A DNA stretch of 64,000 bases from Vicugna vicugna (taxonomy: Eukaryota). Below, piece after piece: positions 51,929-63,880 of the stretch; position 1 is the first letter of the stretch; every line of letters starts with the position of its first letter. The notes beneath the pieces are model-generated. The model was not told where the DNA came from and searched no databases. It worked only from the letters and a program-made list of their open reading frames with translations. The translations under genes and the position numbers were made by a program. The stretch covers positions 1 to 64,000 of the forward strand of contig MU057987.1 in assembly GCA_013265495.1 (NCBI GenBank). Direction: 5' to 3'.

Positions 51929-52850
51929 AGGGTAGTGCTCAAGAGTCCAGACTCTGGAACCAGCTGCTTAGAATCAAAACTGAGCTCTGCCTCTGATCAG
52001 CTCTGTGACCTTGGACAAGTGACCCAATCTCTCCTTGTCTAGGGTCATCATTTGCATGATGGAGGTGATCTAACTGAGCTAGACCCTATGGGGTCTTCCC
52101 AGAACAGACCCCTCCCCCTAGTTCTCTGCCTGCCTCTTGTTTGTGGGAAAGGGGTAGTCTCCCAGACCTCCCCTGAGGCACAGAAGCCTGGCTCAAGAAT
52201 TAATGCTTGAAAGGATGTGAACATCTAGTGACAAAAGCAGCAGTTGGGCTAGGAGAACTGGTAACAATTTAAACAGTAAATCAGTCATACACCAGTCACA
52301 GAATCTTTAGTTCCTCCCTGCAGTACACAGATAATAGTGTCTGAGGCACATTCCTGAGTTGTTTTACAGATACCAAAGCTCCCACTGAACGGAAGAAGTT
52401 AACTACGTGATGACCATGAGCACGTAGCCCCCAGACCAGCTGGAGCCTGAGGATTGATAATGTCAACTCCTGTGACAACACCCTGTTACTGTACCATCAA
52501 CCAATCAGAGAACTGCACACAGCTGAACACACACCCTGGGACTCCCCTCCCTCATCTCAGCCTTAAAAATATCTCCTTCACACCCATCAGGGAGTTCAGG
52601 ATATTTGAGCATTCGCTGCCCCACACTCTTTATCTAGTGCTTTACAATAAATATTGCACCTTCCTTCACCACAACCCGATGTCAATAGATTGGCTTTACT
52701 GCGTGCAGGCGAGCAGACCCAAGTTTCGTTTGGTAACAGTGATCATCATCCAGTATCATTGGCACGTTGTGAAATTTGAATGACCTTCCATTCTAAAGCT
52801 TGTGGAACAGTGGTGTAGCACATGGTAAGCTTGCTATATATATTTGTTAA
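51929..52850 (+). mobile_element. MIR SINE split by an LTR
   Basis: 5' half agactctggaaccag...ctgtgaccttggacaagtgac; 3' half gttgtgaaatttgaatga...gaacagtggtgtagcacatggtaagc. Confidence 0.7.
52069..52738 (+). mobile_element. ERV1-type solo LTR with target-site duplication
   Basis: Ends ggtaaca; CCAAT (52501), ccttaaaa TATA-like, AATAAA (~52646); GTGA repeated at 52065-52068 and 52739-52742. Confidence 0.85.
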
Positions 52851-53124
52851 ATAATTCAAGAAAAATTAAATCACGATTTGGGCAACTAATTTCTTTACCT
52901 TGTATTAAAAATCAGATAATTGAGAAGCATCATTCAAAGATCTGCTTGGATACTGACACCTATTAGAAGACGTGCATTTCACTTAATACACACTATGTCT
53001 ATTGACTATGTACCATAAGTACTCTTTGGTTTTGTGGTGTGGAGGGGGTCAAAAGCAATATTTCTGGCTTAAAAACCTCAAACCAAAGCCAGAACAACTC
53101 CTACTTATGTAATATCAGACACTC

Positions 53125-53265
53125 CAGCACCACCATCCATCCCTACCAATCATCACCACCATCCACCATCACCAACATCTACTGTCATCACCACCTACCA
53201 TCACCATCCAGCATCACCACCATCTACCTTCATCATCTACCATCACTGCAACACCCTCCTCCACC
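53125..53265. repeat. Imperfect (CAC/CAT)n trinucleotide tract
   Basis: Read directly. Confidence 0.85.
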
Positions 53266-54427
53266 TTCTGTGTGTATGTAAGTGGGTAGCTGAGCTTTAT
53301 CTCAGCTCTGGTAAGCTTCTCCATGGGGTGTGCCATGGACCTTGTCATATTAGGTTTTGCCATCCATGCAAAGTAAAATATCTGTTACATGCCAAGCACT
53401 CAGTGTTGAGTAAATCAACAAACGAGCACTAGTCAAAAAGAGTTCTTGGCATCTAGAATTCCAAATAGGAGTTGACAATCTAACATTGATACTAGACTGG
53501 GATTACATTCAGTTAGACCATAGAATAAGAAAAATAACCTAATAAATGACAGGATGATGAGGTGCTATTGGAACCTGCATTAATGCAACTGTGTGTGTGT
53601 GCCTGTGTGCAAACGTGTTTAGAAAGCAGCAGAAATTAGTGACGAGCCAAATCTGAACTGAGTGGAATCAGAGGAGAGTGTGGTTGTGTCCCCAAACACT
53701 GCAAAATGATAACATTATGTAAAAACAAAAGCAAGAGTGAAACAAAAACTGGACTTCGTGTCCTTGAGTAAAGTTCAACTTGAGGCGTGCAGGAAAAAAC
53801 ATAAAAATTCAAAACACCGTTCTGATGTTGCATGGGAGCTTTTGTTAGCTTTTCCACAAAGTTGCTAGAGGAATTTCTCATTATGTCTCCAGCTGTGGAG
53901 GTTTTCAGGGAAATAAACAATCGGTCTGCCCTTCAAATATCTAATACGCAGAGCCAGAGCCAGAGTGGTTTTATGTTTTGCCACCTTCAATCATGTAAGG
54001 TGACACCTCAAGTGACTTGATGTAGGCGACTGGAGGGAGTGTGATAGTGTGAAGTCCCAAACGACAGGAGAATGGCACGATACAGCTGTTCCATTGACTT
54101 ATCGTGGTGCACTTCTTAAAGGCATTCTGCACATGTAATACATGTTCTCACGGGGAGACGTGCCTGTTAGTCTCCGGGCTGTGGAGCAGTTCATAATGAA
54201 GACTGCACTCTTTATGAATTTAAGTTTCTGTTATGTATCTGTCCTATCTTCCGAAATAGATTATCGATCACATGAGGTCATCTTACTCCCAATATTTACC
54301 CTGTTTATCTATTATGTACATGGTAGCCCTAGTGTTCATGAATACAATGAAATTATATATTTCTCTGGCTAAAAATTTCCTATAGCTTTCCCATTGTCCT
54401 TATATTCCAAATGCCATGCCGTCATTT

Positions 54428-54804
54428 GTGTCTTAGTGGGCTCGGATGATTATAATAAAGCATCATAGATTGATGACTTAAGTAATAGTTCTAGAGCTTG
54501 GGAAATCCAGGATCAGGTTGCTGACAGATTCAGTGTCTGGTGAGAGCCTTCCTTCTGCCTTGTAGACAGCCCACTTCTTGTGCCCTCACATGGCCTTTCC
54601 TTGGCGCACAGTACCGGAGAGAGAGAGAGACATTTCTCTCTTCCTCTTCTTATAAGGGCACTAATCTCCTCATAAGGCCCCCACCCTCATACCCAATCTA
54701 AACTTGATTATCTCTCAAAGGCCCCACTTCCAAACACCATCACTTTGGGGGCTGGAGCCTCAAGGTAAGAATTTGGGGGTACACAACAGTGAGCCTATGA
54801 CAAC
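54428..54804 (-). mobile_element. MaLR solo LTR (MLT1A-like)
   Basis: tgtcttagt...gattcagtgtctggtgagagcc...ctcttcttataagggcactaatc...gaatttggggg. Confidence 0.85.
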
Positions 54805-55260
54805 CTGCAAAACCTCATTCTAGTCTTTCTCTGAGACCTGATTTTCTGCTCCTTTCTTGCCACATAGGGCTTCTTCTGTTCTTTAAATAAGCCAAGATTA
54901 TTCTTACTCTGGGCCTTTGTACTTGCTGGGGTCTCATGTCCCCCAGTGTCCTCACATGTCTTCCCCATCAGCTCTCAGTTCATGCATCACCTCCTCAGAG
55001 AAGTCTTCCTGGGACCTGAGCATACATGCGTTTCTTATCCTGCTGTCATCACTCTCTATCACATCATCTCATCTTTCTTTTTCCAACTCACTAGTTACCA
55101 CTACCCCAAATGATCTCCATTATTGTCATTATTACAGTTTTATTTATAAATTGTACTAGCATGCACACTTCATGAAAAAAGACATCTTATCTATACTGCT
55201 TATGACGTTGTCTCTAGAATTTAGAGCCTAGCATATGATACATAAATACAACCATTTGCA
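54805..55260 (+). mobile_element. L2 3' region
   Basis: catcacctcctcagagaagtcttcct...ctagcatgcacacttcatgaaa...tctctagaatttagagcctagcat. Confidence 0.6.
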
Positions 55261-56329
55261 TACATTATGTCAGCATCATGTATATATATGTATATAGATA
55301 CATAGGTAAAATAGTTCCATGCCCAGTGCAGTGCCTTGAACATCCTTGAGGTTTAATAATAACAACTGCTGATGGCGGCAATTCTATGAAGAGTGAAAGT
55401 AGCTACACTGTTTCATTGTTTGATGACTTTCCTTGGTAAAAATTGTACCTGTTTTTCTTTCTTAATTTAGCATTCTATCTCTCCACCTTCAGCATGGTCC
55501 TTCCTCTCCTCAGGTCACTTTTGCTCCACTGCTATCAACCAAGGATTAACTGCTTACTCACCCCTAATTTGGATTAGCTTATAAAATTATGCCAAGATTT
55601 CGATAGATCAAGGGGACAGTCTCTGACAGTGGTCTAACAGGAAAGATGGGCAGACGGGAGAACATTTTGGTTTAAATATTCTGGACATGCTGGGATTGAG
55701 AGCTGAGATCTTTTCCCTGCACTGGTGCTGACAATTTTCTGATTTCAGTGGCCAGCCCCACAGTACATGCCTAAGCATGCCTACTGGGCGCCTTGTATTT
55801 TAAAATCTGATCTAAGGTATGGAAAATCTTAGAACCAACTTATTACTAACAAGGGCTTTCTTTCTGTCTTTTTTCATTGTGTTCAGAGGCCCCACCTGTC
55901 CCTCCATGTCACCTATGGGTTCCCAATGAGTGGACTCAGCCCATCTGCCACAACTTTTTGGCATTCCCATCTGCTTCTGGAGAATAAAATTCCAAGTCAG
56001 GCATATGCCTTCTCATTCTGTGATCCTCTCATTCTCCGCTCTTGCTGTTAATGCAGTGTTCGTGTCAAATCTGTTGGCTCTAATGATGTTAAGGGGTTAT
56101 GTTGGAAGGTTATTCAGTTAGTCTTTAACGGCACGAAACAGCACTTCTACTATCATTGTCGCTTTTCTGCCCATAAACAAGAACTTGATTAACAGAAGCT
56201 AACCATGAGAAAATGTTCTCTTAAATGAGACATTTTTAGTGGATAAGCACTAGGTGTCACTAGTATACTCTCAACCACAATTATCTATACCTTCAGAGGC
56301 GTCCACGCTGAGCCAGGCTGACTGCGATA

Positions 56330-56465
56330 AAGAAATATACAGCGAAAAAAAATGTGACAATGAATATATGTATGCTCATGTATAGCTGAAAAATTGTGCT
56401 CTACACTGGCATTTGACACAACATTGTAAAATGACTATAACTCAATAAAAAAATGTAAAAAAAAT
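56330..56465 (+). mobile_element. Short young L1 3' tail (camelid-type)
   Basis: gtgacaatgaatatatgtatg...gaaaaattgtgctctacactggcatttgacacaacattgtaaaatgactataactcaataaaaaatg; near reverse-complement of 27350-27460. Confidence 0.88.
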
Positions 56466-58705
56466 AGGCATTCCAAGCAACAAAGGGAAATTCTTCTTTC
56501 CTTCTTTCAGCAAATACTATTGGTTTAAAAACAGTACAAATGTCTTTTAAAAATGTAAAGATTATAGTGAACACAGTAGTTGAGTAACTTTGAGATATGT
56601 GAGTGATTCATCATTGTACATATTAGAAATATGCATGGATCTTATGTGTGAAACAGATATTTATAAACTGCATTCTGCTTTCTCATTAGTTTCTTCTAAA
56701 ATTTTGGATAAGCAATCCCACCTCCTCTTCCCAATATTCAGTTTAGCATCATTTTAAAACAAAACAATATTTTTGAGGTGGTGGAAATGTTCTGTATCTT
56801 TAAATAAGTGATGATTCCATGGAAGTATACACGTGAAAAAAGTCATTAAGCTGATCACTTGGGATTTGACATTTCACTGTATAAAAATTATACTCCCATA
56901 AAACCCTAGTAAAAATCATAATTATTCATCTTAATGTTGCTTCTAATAGCTTTTTGCTTCTGTAAGCAGATATTCTGTGATTAAGTAATTATTCTACATA
57001 ACATTTGCAAGTACTTAGTCAAATGAATGCTGAATCCACCTGATCTCTGCATGTCTTAAAATATGCCACAGGGCTAATTCCCAGATTTGAGACTGCTGTC
57101 ACTCAGGAAGGGTGGAGTGTGATTTTTCACATTGACATGAAACCCTTCTGTTGGTTACAATAACTGACCCTTTGAGCATGAAGTGCTTTGATGTATACGA
57201 ACAGGTATACTATGGCAAAGTGACACTGTTTTAACCTGTGCCCATCAATTTTTCTTAAAGCAGAAATATCAGCCTACTCCGAGACCTCCGCTTAAATTCA
57301 GATACATAGGTGAGTTCTCTTAAAGCTCAGGTATAAATTCAATCTACCGAATCATTTTTGCTTTGACATAATTTACCAGCCCAGTTGACTAAAGATGAGC
57401 CTAAGCTTTTGGACTTTTTTTTATGAACTGGGTGATTAGCCATTCCATTAAATATCTAAAACCCTGGAATTGAAAGTTTAGATAAAATTCTTCCAGGGAA
57501 ATTCTTTGCGTGTGCTTTAAAAACAAAACAAAACAAAACAAATCTAATAACACATTGCATCCAAGTTTCTATACTTTATTTTGTTTTTCTGAACCAAACC
57601 ATTTCCCTCTTGTTACCCAAAATGACACACTGCTTTCCTGATTTTCCACTTCCAGCTTGGGAAAAGGAAAAGGAATGGGGTTCCCAACCTCCTATTGCTC
57701 AATGCAATTACTAGACTAGATGCTGATCTTTGAGATTGATGTAGTGTTCTCACCTGGCCCATGACTTGAATTCCAGCGTATTGATCTGCTCAAACTTTAG
57801 GTCCCTGCACTTTCCCTTTCACCTGAGACTTTTCCCAATTGATTCTATGCCTCGAAATATATGTGACACAACAATTCAGACCTTCTCCATCCTCAGCCTC
57901 AGCTCCCAGAATGCTGGTATGATTCCTATAACCTACCAGTCCTATAAACCAGCCCGCGCATTATTTGATGTCTTGATCTCCACTGGACACTTGTTTCCCA
58001 ACTATTTCCCCAACTATTTCCAACCCTCATGGTCCAGGACTTTGCATGCTCCTCCCTTACTTTGTTGTTAGAAGCCAGAATAGCTGTATCTATTAGGAAG
58101 CAATTCAGGTGAAAAAAAAAAAACTGAGCTCCTATTATGTGCCAGCTACAAAGACAGATCAGGGGTACAGATATAGGTTTAGACATGGATCCTAATCTTA
58201 GAGACCTTACAATATTCTGGAGTCATCTACTCACAAATTGATCATATTAATATTCTATGCATTGAATACCTCCCATGCATTAATCTTGCCAATTCCAACA
58301 GAAGACATAGAAGGTAATGCATTTGCTACACTGATCTAAAAATAAACACCCTTCTTCATTTGTGAGGCAGAGGATGGAGAACGAACATTATTATACAGCT
58401 GTGCAGGTTTTCTCTTATCTTAGGCACTCCAATTAGAGCAGACAGAGATCTTCTAAGATCGAGGTTTGACTGTCCTTTATGGTCGGATTACTGCCTTCTG
58501 TATTTCGTAGTTAGCTTTATTCCTTTGAGAACTATGTAAGTTCAAAAAAAGCTAAAGGTCTGACCTGTTCTTAGAAACAATAATTAGTACATATATGAAA
58601 ACTTTAAAGAATGTGAAGTATACTGTGTATATGAATTTCTATACAATATAATGTGTATGTGCAGTCGAACTGTAATAATTCTACATAATAAAACTGAAGA
58701 AGGGA

Positions 58706-58708
58706 AAA

Positions 58709-58751
<43 letters not shown>

Positions 58752-58752
58752 A
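58706..58752. repeat. (AAAT)n microsatellite, ~11 units
   Basis: Read directly. Confidence 0.97.
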
Positions 58753-59142
58753 GTATGTTTGGAGCAAAAAAATATTGATTAGGTAGTATATAGTCTAGTG
58801 TATTTTGTTACAAGGAACTCTATTGTAAGCAAACTATGATAGATGGCAAGTAACAGAAAGTTTCGCATACTGTATCACATTATTTTCATACAAAAAAAAA
58901 ATTGGGGTAAGACCAAACACACATATACGTATGAAGAAAATGGAAGTCAAGTGCACGCACTAAATTTTGAACCCCATGTTAGCAGACAGGGCTATGAAAG
59001 ACAGCTTCTCTTTCTGTTCCCCAAGTGCCTGATTACTTGTGACCAATATTTCCAATCTCGTTCTGTTCAATGATACAGTATAGGAGAGAAAAAATGCTAA
59101 AGAGTGTTTCTTTTCTTCCTCTGTATTTTTTTTCTCCTCAAG

Positions 59143-59430
59143 GAATTGCATTGCCTACAGGATTCCCACTGGTAATCCATGGTGAAGACACGAAGTAGAG
59201 AGAAGAACGCAGAGGAACAGCTTGCGTGAGTGATGGAGACGCCCGCGGCGTGAGGGCTCACTGCCATCCGCGCGGCTCCGGCCGCGGCAGCCGCTCCTCG
59301 GGGCGCTCCGGCGGCCGCAGGCACGGCGAGCACCGCCGACGCCGTCGCAGGGCCGAGCGCCACCCCGCGCTGCGTCTCGAGGGCAGACGCAGGCAGGAGG
59401 GAGACGCGTCTGGCGTCGGCGACATGAAAG
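59143..59430 (+). other. Candidate spliced exon (288 nt), gene unidentified
   Basis: Branch-like tgctaa (59095), long pyrimidine tract 59107-59139, aag|G acceptor; consensus donor AAG|GTGAGT at 59430/59431. Confidence 0.4.
59208..59430. promoter_or_regulatory. Small, very dense CpG island
   Basis: About 36 CpGs counted by hand in 59221-59422, with abrupt AT-rich flanks. Confidence 0.85.
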
Positions 59431-59892
59431 GTGAGTTTGCGCTGGATGCCACAGACCAAGAAATGACAGTTTAGTATCAATCATCACAGACAACTGTAAC
59501 AGTACTGTTCATACAGAGATGTTCATACAGAGAAGATCTATTACCCATTAGGAGGCAAATCTATCACAAACAGGACCCCGACTCTTACTGACTGAAAGCT
59601 GAATAAGCATCGTGTCTCTAAGAGCAAACAAGTTCAAACAGATGGAACTGCAGTGACCTTCACGTGCCCCGTACTTCTAGGGTAGCAACTATAGAATAGT
59701 ATCATTTAAGGCTTCATTATCATAAGGAGGGGGAAACTCTGGGCATTGTCATGAAATGCTACTAGTTCTCAACCTTATTTCATTACTGAAGATGCAGTAT
59801 TTCCTTCTTCTTCTTTTTCTTTTCCTTCCATTTGCAACACACATGTATGCTTGAATCACAGAATCTGAGATCCGGACAGAAACTCAATCTCT

Positions 59893-60495
59893 CTAGTGGT
59901 CCCAAACCTTGCTCACAGCAGGATCACCACCAGCGAGGGTAGAGCTTTCAAAATACAGATTCCTTTGTCTCTCTTACAAAGAGTCTGAGTTTCCTTGGGG
60001 AGCCACAACGAAGTACCACAAACTGTGTGGTATGAAAACAGTAGAAATTTATTATCTCGCCGTTGTGGAGGGCACACAACTGGAATGAAGGTGTCAGCAG
60101 GGCCGTGCTCCCTCTGAAACCTGTAGGGGAAATATTGCCATGCCTCTTCCCGTCTTCCGGTGGTGGCCGGTGATCTTTGGCATTCTTTGGTTTGCGAGAG
60201 CATCACTCCAATCTCTGCCTCCGTCATCACAAGGACTTCTTTCCTCTACGTGTGCGCCTTTGTGGCTCTTCTTCTTGCCTTATTGTGACACCAGGCATAC
60301 TGGATTAAGCCCCACCCTACTCCAGTATGACCTCGTCTTAATGAGCCTATTTCCAAACAAGGTCACATTTTTCAGGTTCTGGCGTTTAGGACTTTATCAT
60401 ATCTTTCCGGACGGACACAATTCAACTCATAAAGGTACTGGAGTGGGACTGAGAGTCATTTAAGTGATTTGGTGATAGCCACCTTTGAGAACCAT
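59893..60495. mobile_element. MER5-like hAT MITE split by an MLT1 LTR
   Basis: tagtggtcccaaaccttg...gagctttcaaaatacagattc on the left; ctttgagaaccatttg on the right. Confidence 0.5.
59983..60433 (-). mobile_element. MaLR solo LTR (MLT1B/C-like)
   Basis: agtttccttgggg...gtaccacaaact...gaaggtgtcagcagggccgtgctccctctgaa...ctatttccaaacaaggtcac...gacacaattcaac. Confidence 0.85.
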
Positions 60496-61386
60496 TTGGT
60501 CAATCAGTCCAATTCTGTTCTTCTATAGAACAGGAAATTGAGGGCTAGATGTGTGGAGGAACTTGTAAGTTACAGAATCAGAACATACATAAACCACTCA
60601 CACATTTATGCAAACTATCACCCTTCAGATATCCACTTTAATTATTATAACAGAGATGCTTCCTTAAACTTGGATTAGGATCACTAGATATTTAATAAAA
60701 AGCTCTGTAGCTTTTTAATTTTAATTTTGAAACCTACTGCATAATACTTAACCCAAGAGTTTTCTGTTTAAAAAAATTCTGTTTGGACATCTTCTTCAGG
60801 TATTCAAACAAGACCAACGTGAGGGTCGAGTGGATTTGCAACTACACTTCAAAAAAGTATACAAAGGCACAGACATTTTCTCTGACAGTGAAACACTGTT
60901 TGAGACTTGATGGATTTCTTCTGAGATGTGGATGTTCCTTGGGTCAACAAAAGTGGTGGCTTAAATGTCACTAATTTAAATAAAATAGTTCTTAGGCACG
61001 TGGAGCATGTGTGTGTAAAAGCTGAATGAAAAATGTAGAGCGGACCTCGTACCCTTCTCAATGTGTCTGTCTCTCCAAGCTCTCCTCTCCAGCCGTACCT
61101 AGAGTCATGAAGGTGTGTCAATTAAGAATAAAATGAATTCTAAAGTGGGGTTTATAATTCAGCAGGGAAGGGTGGAAAAATGCTTCCTACACAATTGCAA
61201 TTACGTACAATCACTGTAACAAAAAAGTGCAAAAAAGTTTGGGAGAATGTCACAAAACTTGGGACAGAAGAACCACTGGAATGAAGAGTTAATGTGGAAA
61301 TCATGACCACTGGCCCCAAACATGCCGAGATTCCAGTAGCTTCTGTGAAACAAAATTCATATTCTATGGTAACAAACACAAAAAAT

Positions 61387-62351
61387 TGAAGCATAAAAAT
61401 TCTTCTCTGCCCTTCGGCCTCCTCTGCCCCCTGACTGTGCGCTGTGTGTCTGCATATCCACCGACCAGACCTGCCCAATCGGCAGGACCGTGTGTTCATC
61501 CATAAAGAGCAACGCTCTCCTAGAACATCAACAAGACAACTCCTTAAAACATAACATTCCCTTCTGATCTTGTGAGGGATCACAGGACCCACCAGGATAA
61601 CGCTTAGATCTGGATTACGTGAACTGTCAACAACGCGTCATAAGATGTAGAGCCCTCTGTCTCAGAAACCTTAAGTAACTGTGCCTTGATTTCTAACTGG
61701 CAGAACAGTCCTCAGAGCTTTCCTCAAATCTGGCTCAAATAAAAATTCCCATTTCTTTCTTAGATCTGATACAGGAAAAAATGGGGTGTGACAGGATGGG
61801 TCATGTCACGGGTCATGTCACAGGTCTCGGTCGAGCCCCTGGGATGTGCCCCGCCAAGTGAGGGTTGTTGGCTTTGCACAGGCCATCTCAGAAGGCCAGA
61901 GAAAGGCCTAGGAGACACACATTCCATGGGCAGATTGTGGGCCATCTTGCTCAGAAGGGGGAGCAGCGGCCTCAGAGCATGGGGTCAGCTAAGAGAAATG
62001 AGATCAGCCCCGAGGTGTGCGGGGCAGTTGGTTTTTATGGGCTTGGTAACTCCCTGTGCTAACACGTGAGAGGATTATTCCAGCTACTCTGGGGAAGGGG
62101 CTGGGATTCTCCAGAACTGGGCCTTCACCCACTTTTTGACCTTTCATGGTCAGCCTTGAAACTGTCCTGGCACCTGTGGAGCGCCATTTAGAGTACTGCT
62201 GCATTTTAATGGGCATATATTGAAGCTCAAGGTCTACTGGGAGTTGAGTCTTCCACCATCTTGGTGCTAACTGCTGTGCCATTTTTTTAATTGGTTGTGC
62301 CCTGCCCCCTTCCCTCCTGTCTCAGATTGACTGATTAATTTTTCATTGACA
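61387..62351 (+). mobile_element. ERV1-type solo LTR (outer), interrupted by a second LTR; 5' end uncertain (61387 or 61116)
   Basis: AATAAA at ~61738; ...cttagat[insert]tgactgattaatttttcattgaca end. Confidence 0.6.
61767..62324 (-). mobile_element. ERV1-type solo LTR (inner)
   Basis: TGATACAGGA...TCCTGTCTCA (9/10 inverted termini), flanked by GATC/GATT near-TSD; antisense TATA-like tttttatg (~62032). Confidence 0.8.
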
Positions 62352-63105
62352 CTTCCATAGGGGAAGAGGAAGGCAAGACTGAGATCTGTGTTGGATGATG
62401 TATGATCAGGGATACCGATTCAGAAGACAGTCTCACATCCCGCCTGTTCTCTGCCCCGCTCCCACCAATAAACTAAGGAGAAAACTAAGCATTTGATTAC
62501 TTTTCTTAGTACAACAATAGAAGATGTTCAGTAGATGCAGAACTTCCAATGGCAGGGCATAAGCAGGGACACGGTTCTCTTGGAGGAGAAATATTTACAA
62601 CCAGCCTGCGAAATTATCAGGATTGAAGGGCACTGATTTGCATGTACATACTAATGGCTCTGAACACACATTTAATGAAGAGAAATGGCCCTTGCAAAGC
62701 CAGGCGCTCTCCATACGGGAAAACTTGAGGTTTGTGACATGTAAATTGAAAGTTCCCATCTTTTCTGATCATGAAGTTATTGCAAATTCATTTTTTGAAA
62801 GCAGGGAAATTCGACGGGGATATCATCAACTTATTTACAGAACGGGATGACATGCAAAAATATAATAAAATGTGTTAATCAAGTCACCTTCCAAATATCG
62901 GTAGTTGGTCATCAAATAATAATATGGTGATAATCCTCAGGCAAAGGAACAAAATTAATATTTTGAAAGACATTTCCAACTTCAGATAGAATTGAGAGTA
63001 AATGTGAAAAAAAATCTAAAGATAAAAAATGAACATCACCAGAGGGAGGGAGGTTTATGCAGAGCACTCCGAGAATAAACGAGAGCGGATGAAGCTGCTC
63101 AGAAG

Positions 63106-63691
63106 TGAAAACCGCATGGGACCCCATGGTCCTTCTAAACCTCCTAGACCCTCCCTGACCCTCCTTTCTGCCTCCTAGACCTTCCCTGAGTTCCAAAGGG
63201 CAGATTCAAACAGCTACTAATTAGAGGAGTGAGGAAATGTGAAAACAAAAGAGATGCGGTCAAGAAACAATAGCGCAGGATGGGGAGAGTCCTCAGGGGA
63301 TGTGCGGGACTCCCTGATACCTACCTCTGAGCTCCTCCATAGGAACTAAGGCCCCACCCAGGTGGAGGATGGTGACTTCAAGCTGAGCACAAGCATGTGG
63401 ACTCCAGACTATTTGAAGCCAGAAAGTCGACGATTGAGATGCCTGGAGAACCTCCCTGTTATTTCACCACCAACCAAGGACGGGAAGGTCACACACCCTG
63501 CAGCCCTCCCGCCAAACTGTGCCTATAAAAACTCTTCCCCCTGAACCACTGGGGGAGTTTGGGCTTTTTGACCACGAGCTGCTCAGTTCTCACTGCTCGC
63601 CCATTGCCATAAACCCTTCTCTGCTCCAAACCCCGATGTTTCGGCTTGTTTGGCCTCACTGTGTGTCCAGCACACAAACTTGGGCCCAACA
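63106..63691 (+). mobile_element. ERV1-type solo LTR related to 52069-52738
   Basis: TG...CAACA termini, cctataaaaa TATA (~63522), shared blocks (ccttccctgag, cacacaccctg, cccgatgt) with the 52 kb LTR. Confidence 0.8.
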
Positions 63692-63709
63692 GCAAAAGCA
63701 CCAGCGTAG

Positions 63710-63880
63710 CAAATGAGGTTTGCACGCCACTGCGACCAGCATCAGAATCTTCTGCCATGTGTGTTAAGATAAAAATTTTCGGATCCTACCCTAAACCTAC
63801 TGAACCAGAATATTGCTGCTCTGTGCATTTTGTCAGATTCCCCCGATGACTCTCAGGTACCCTTCCTTTGAGAGACACTG
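63710..63880 (+). mobile_element. MER5A-like hAT MITE
   Basis: ccagcatcagaatc...cctaccctaaacctactgaaccagaa...tttgagagacactg. Confidence 0.55.
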
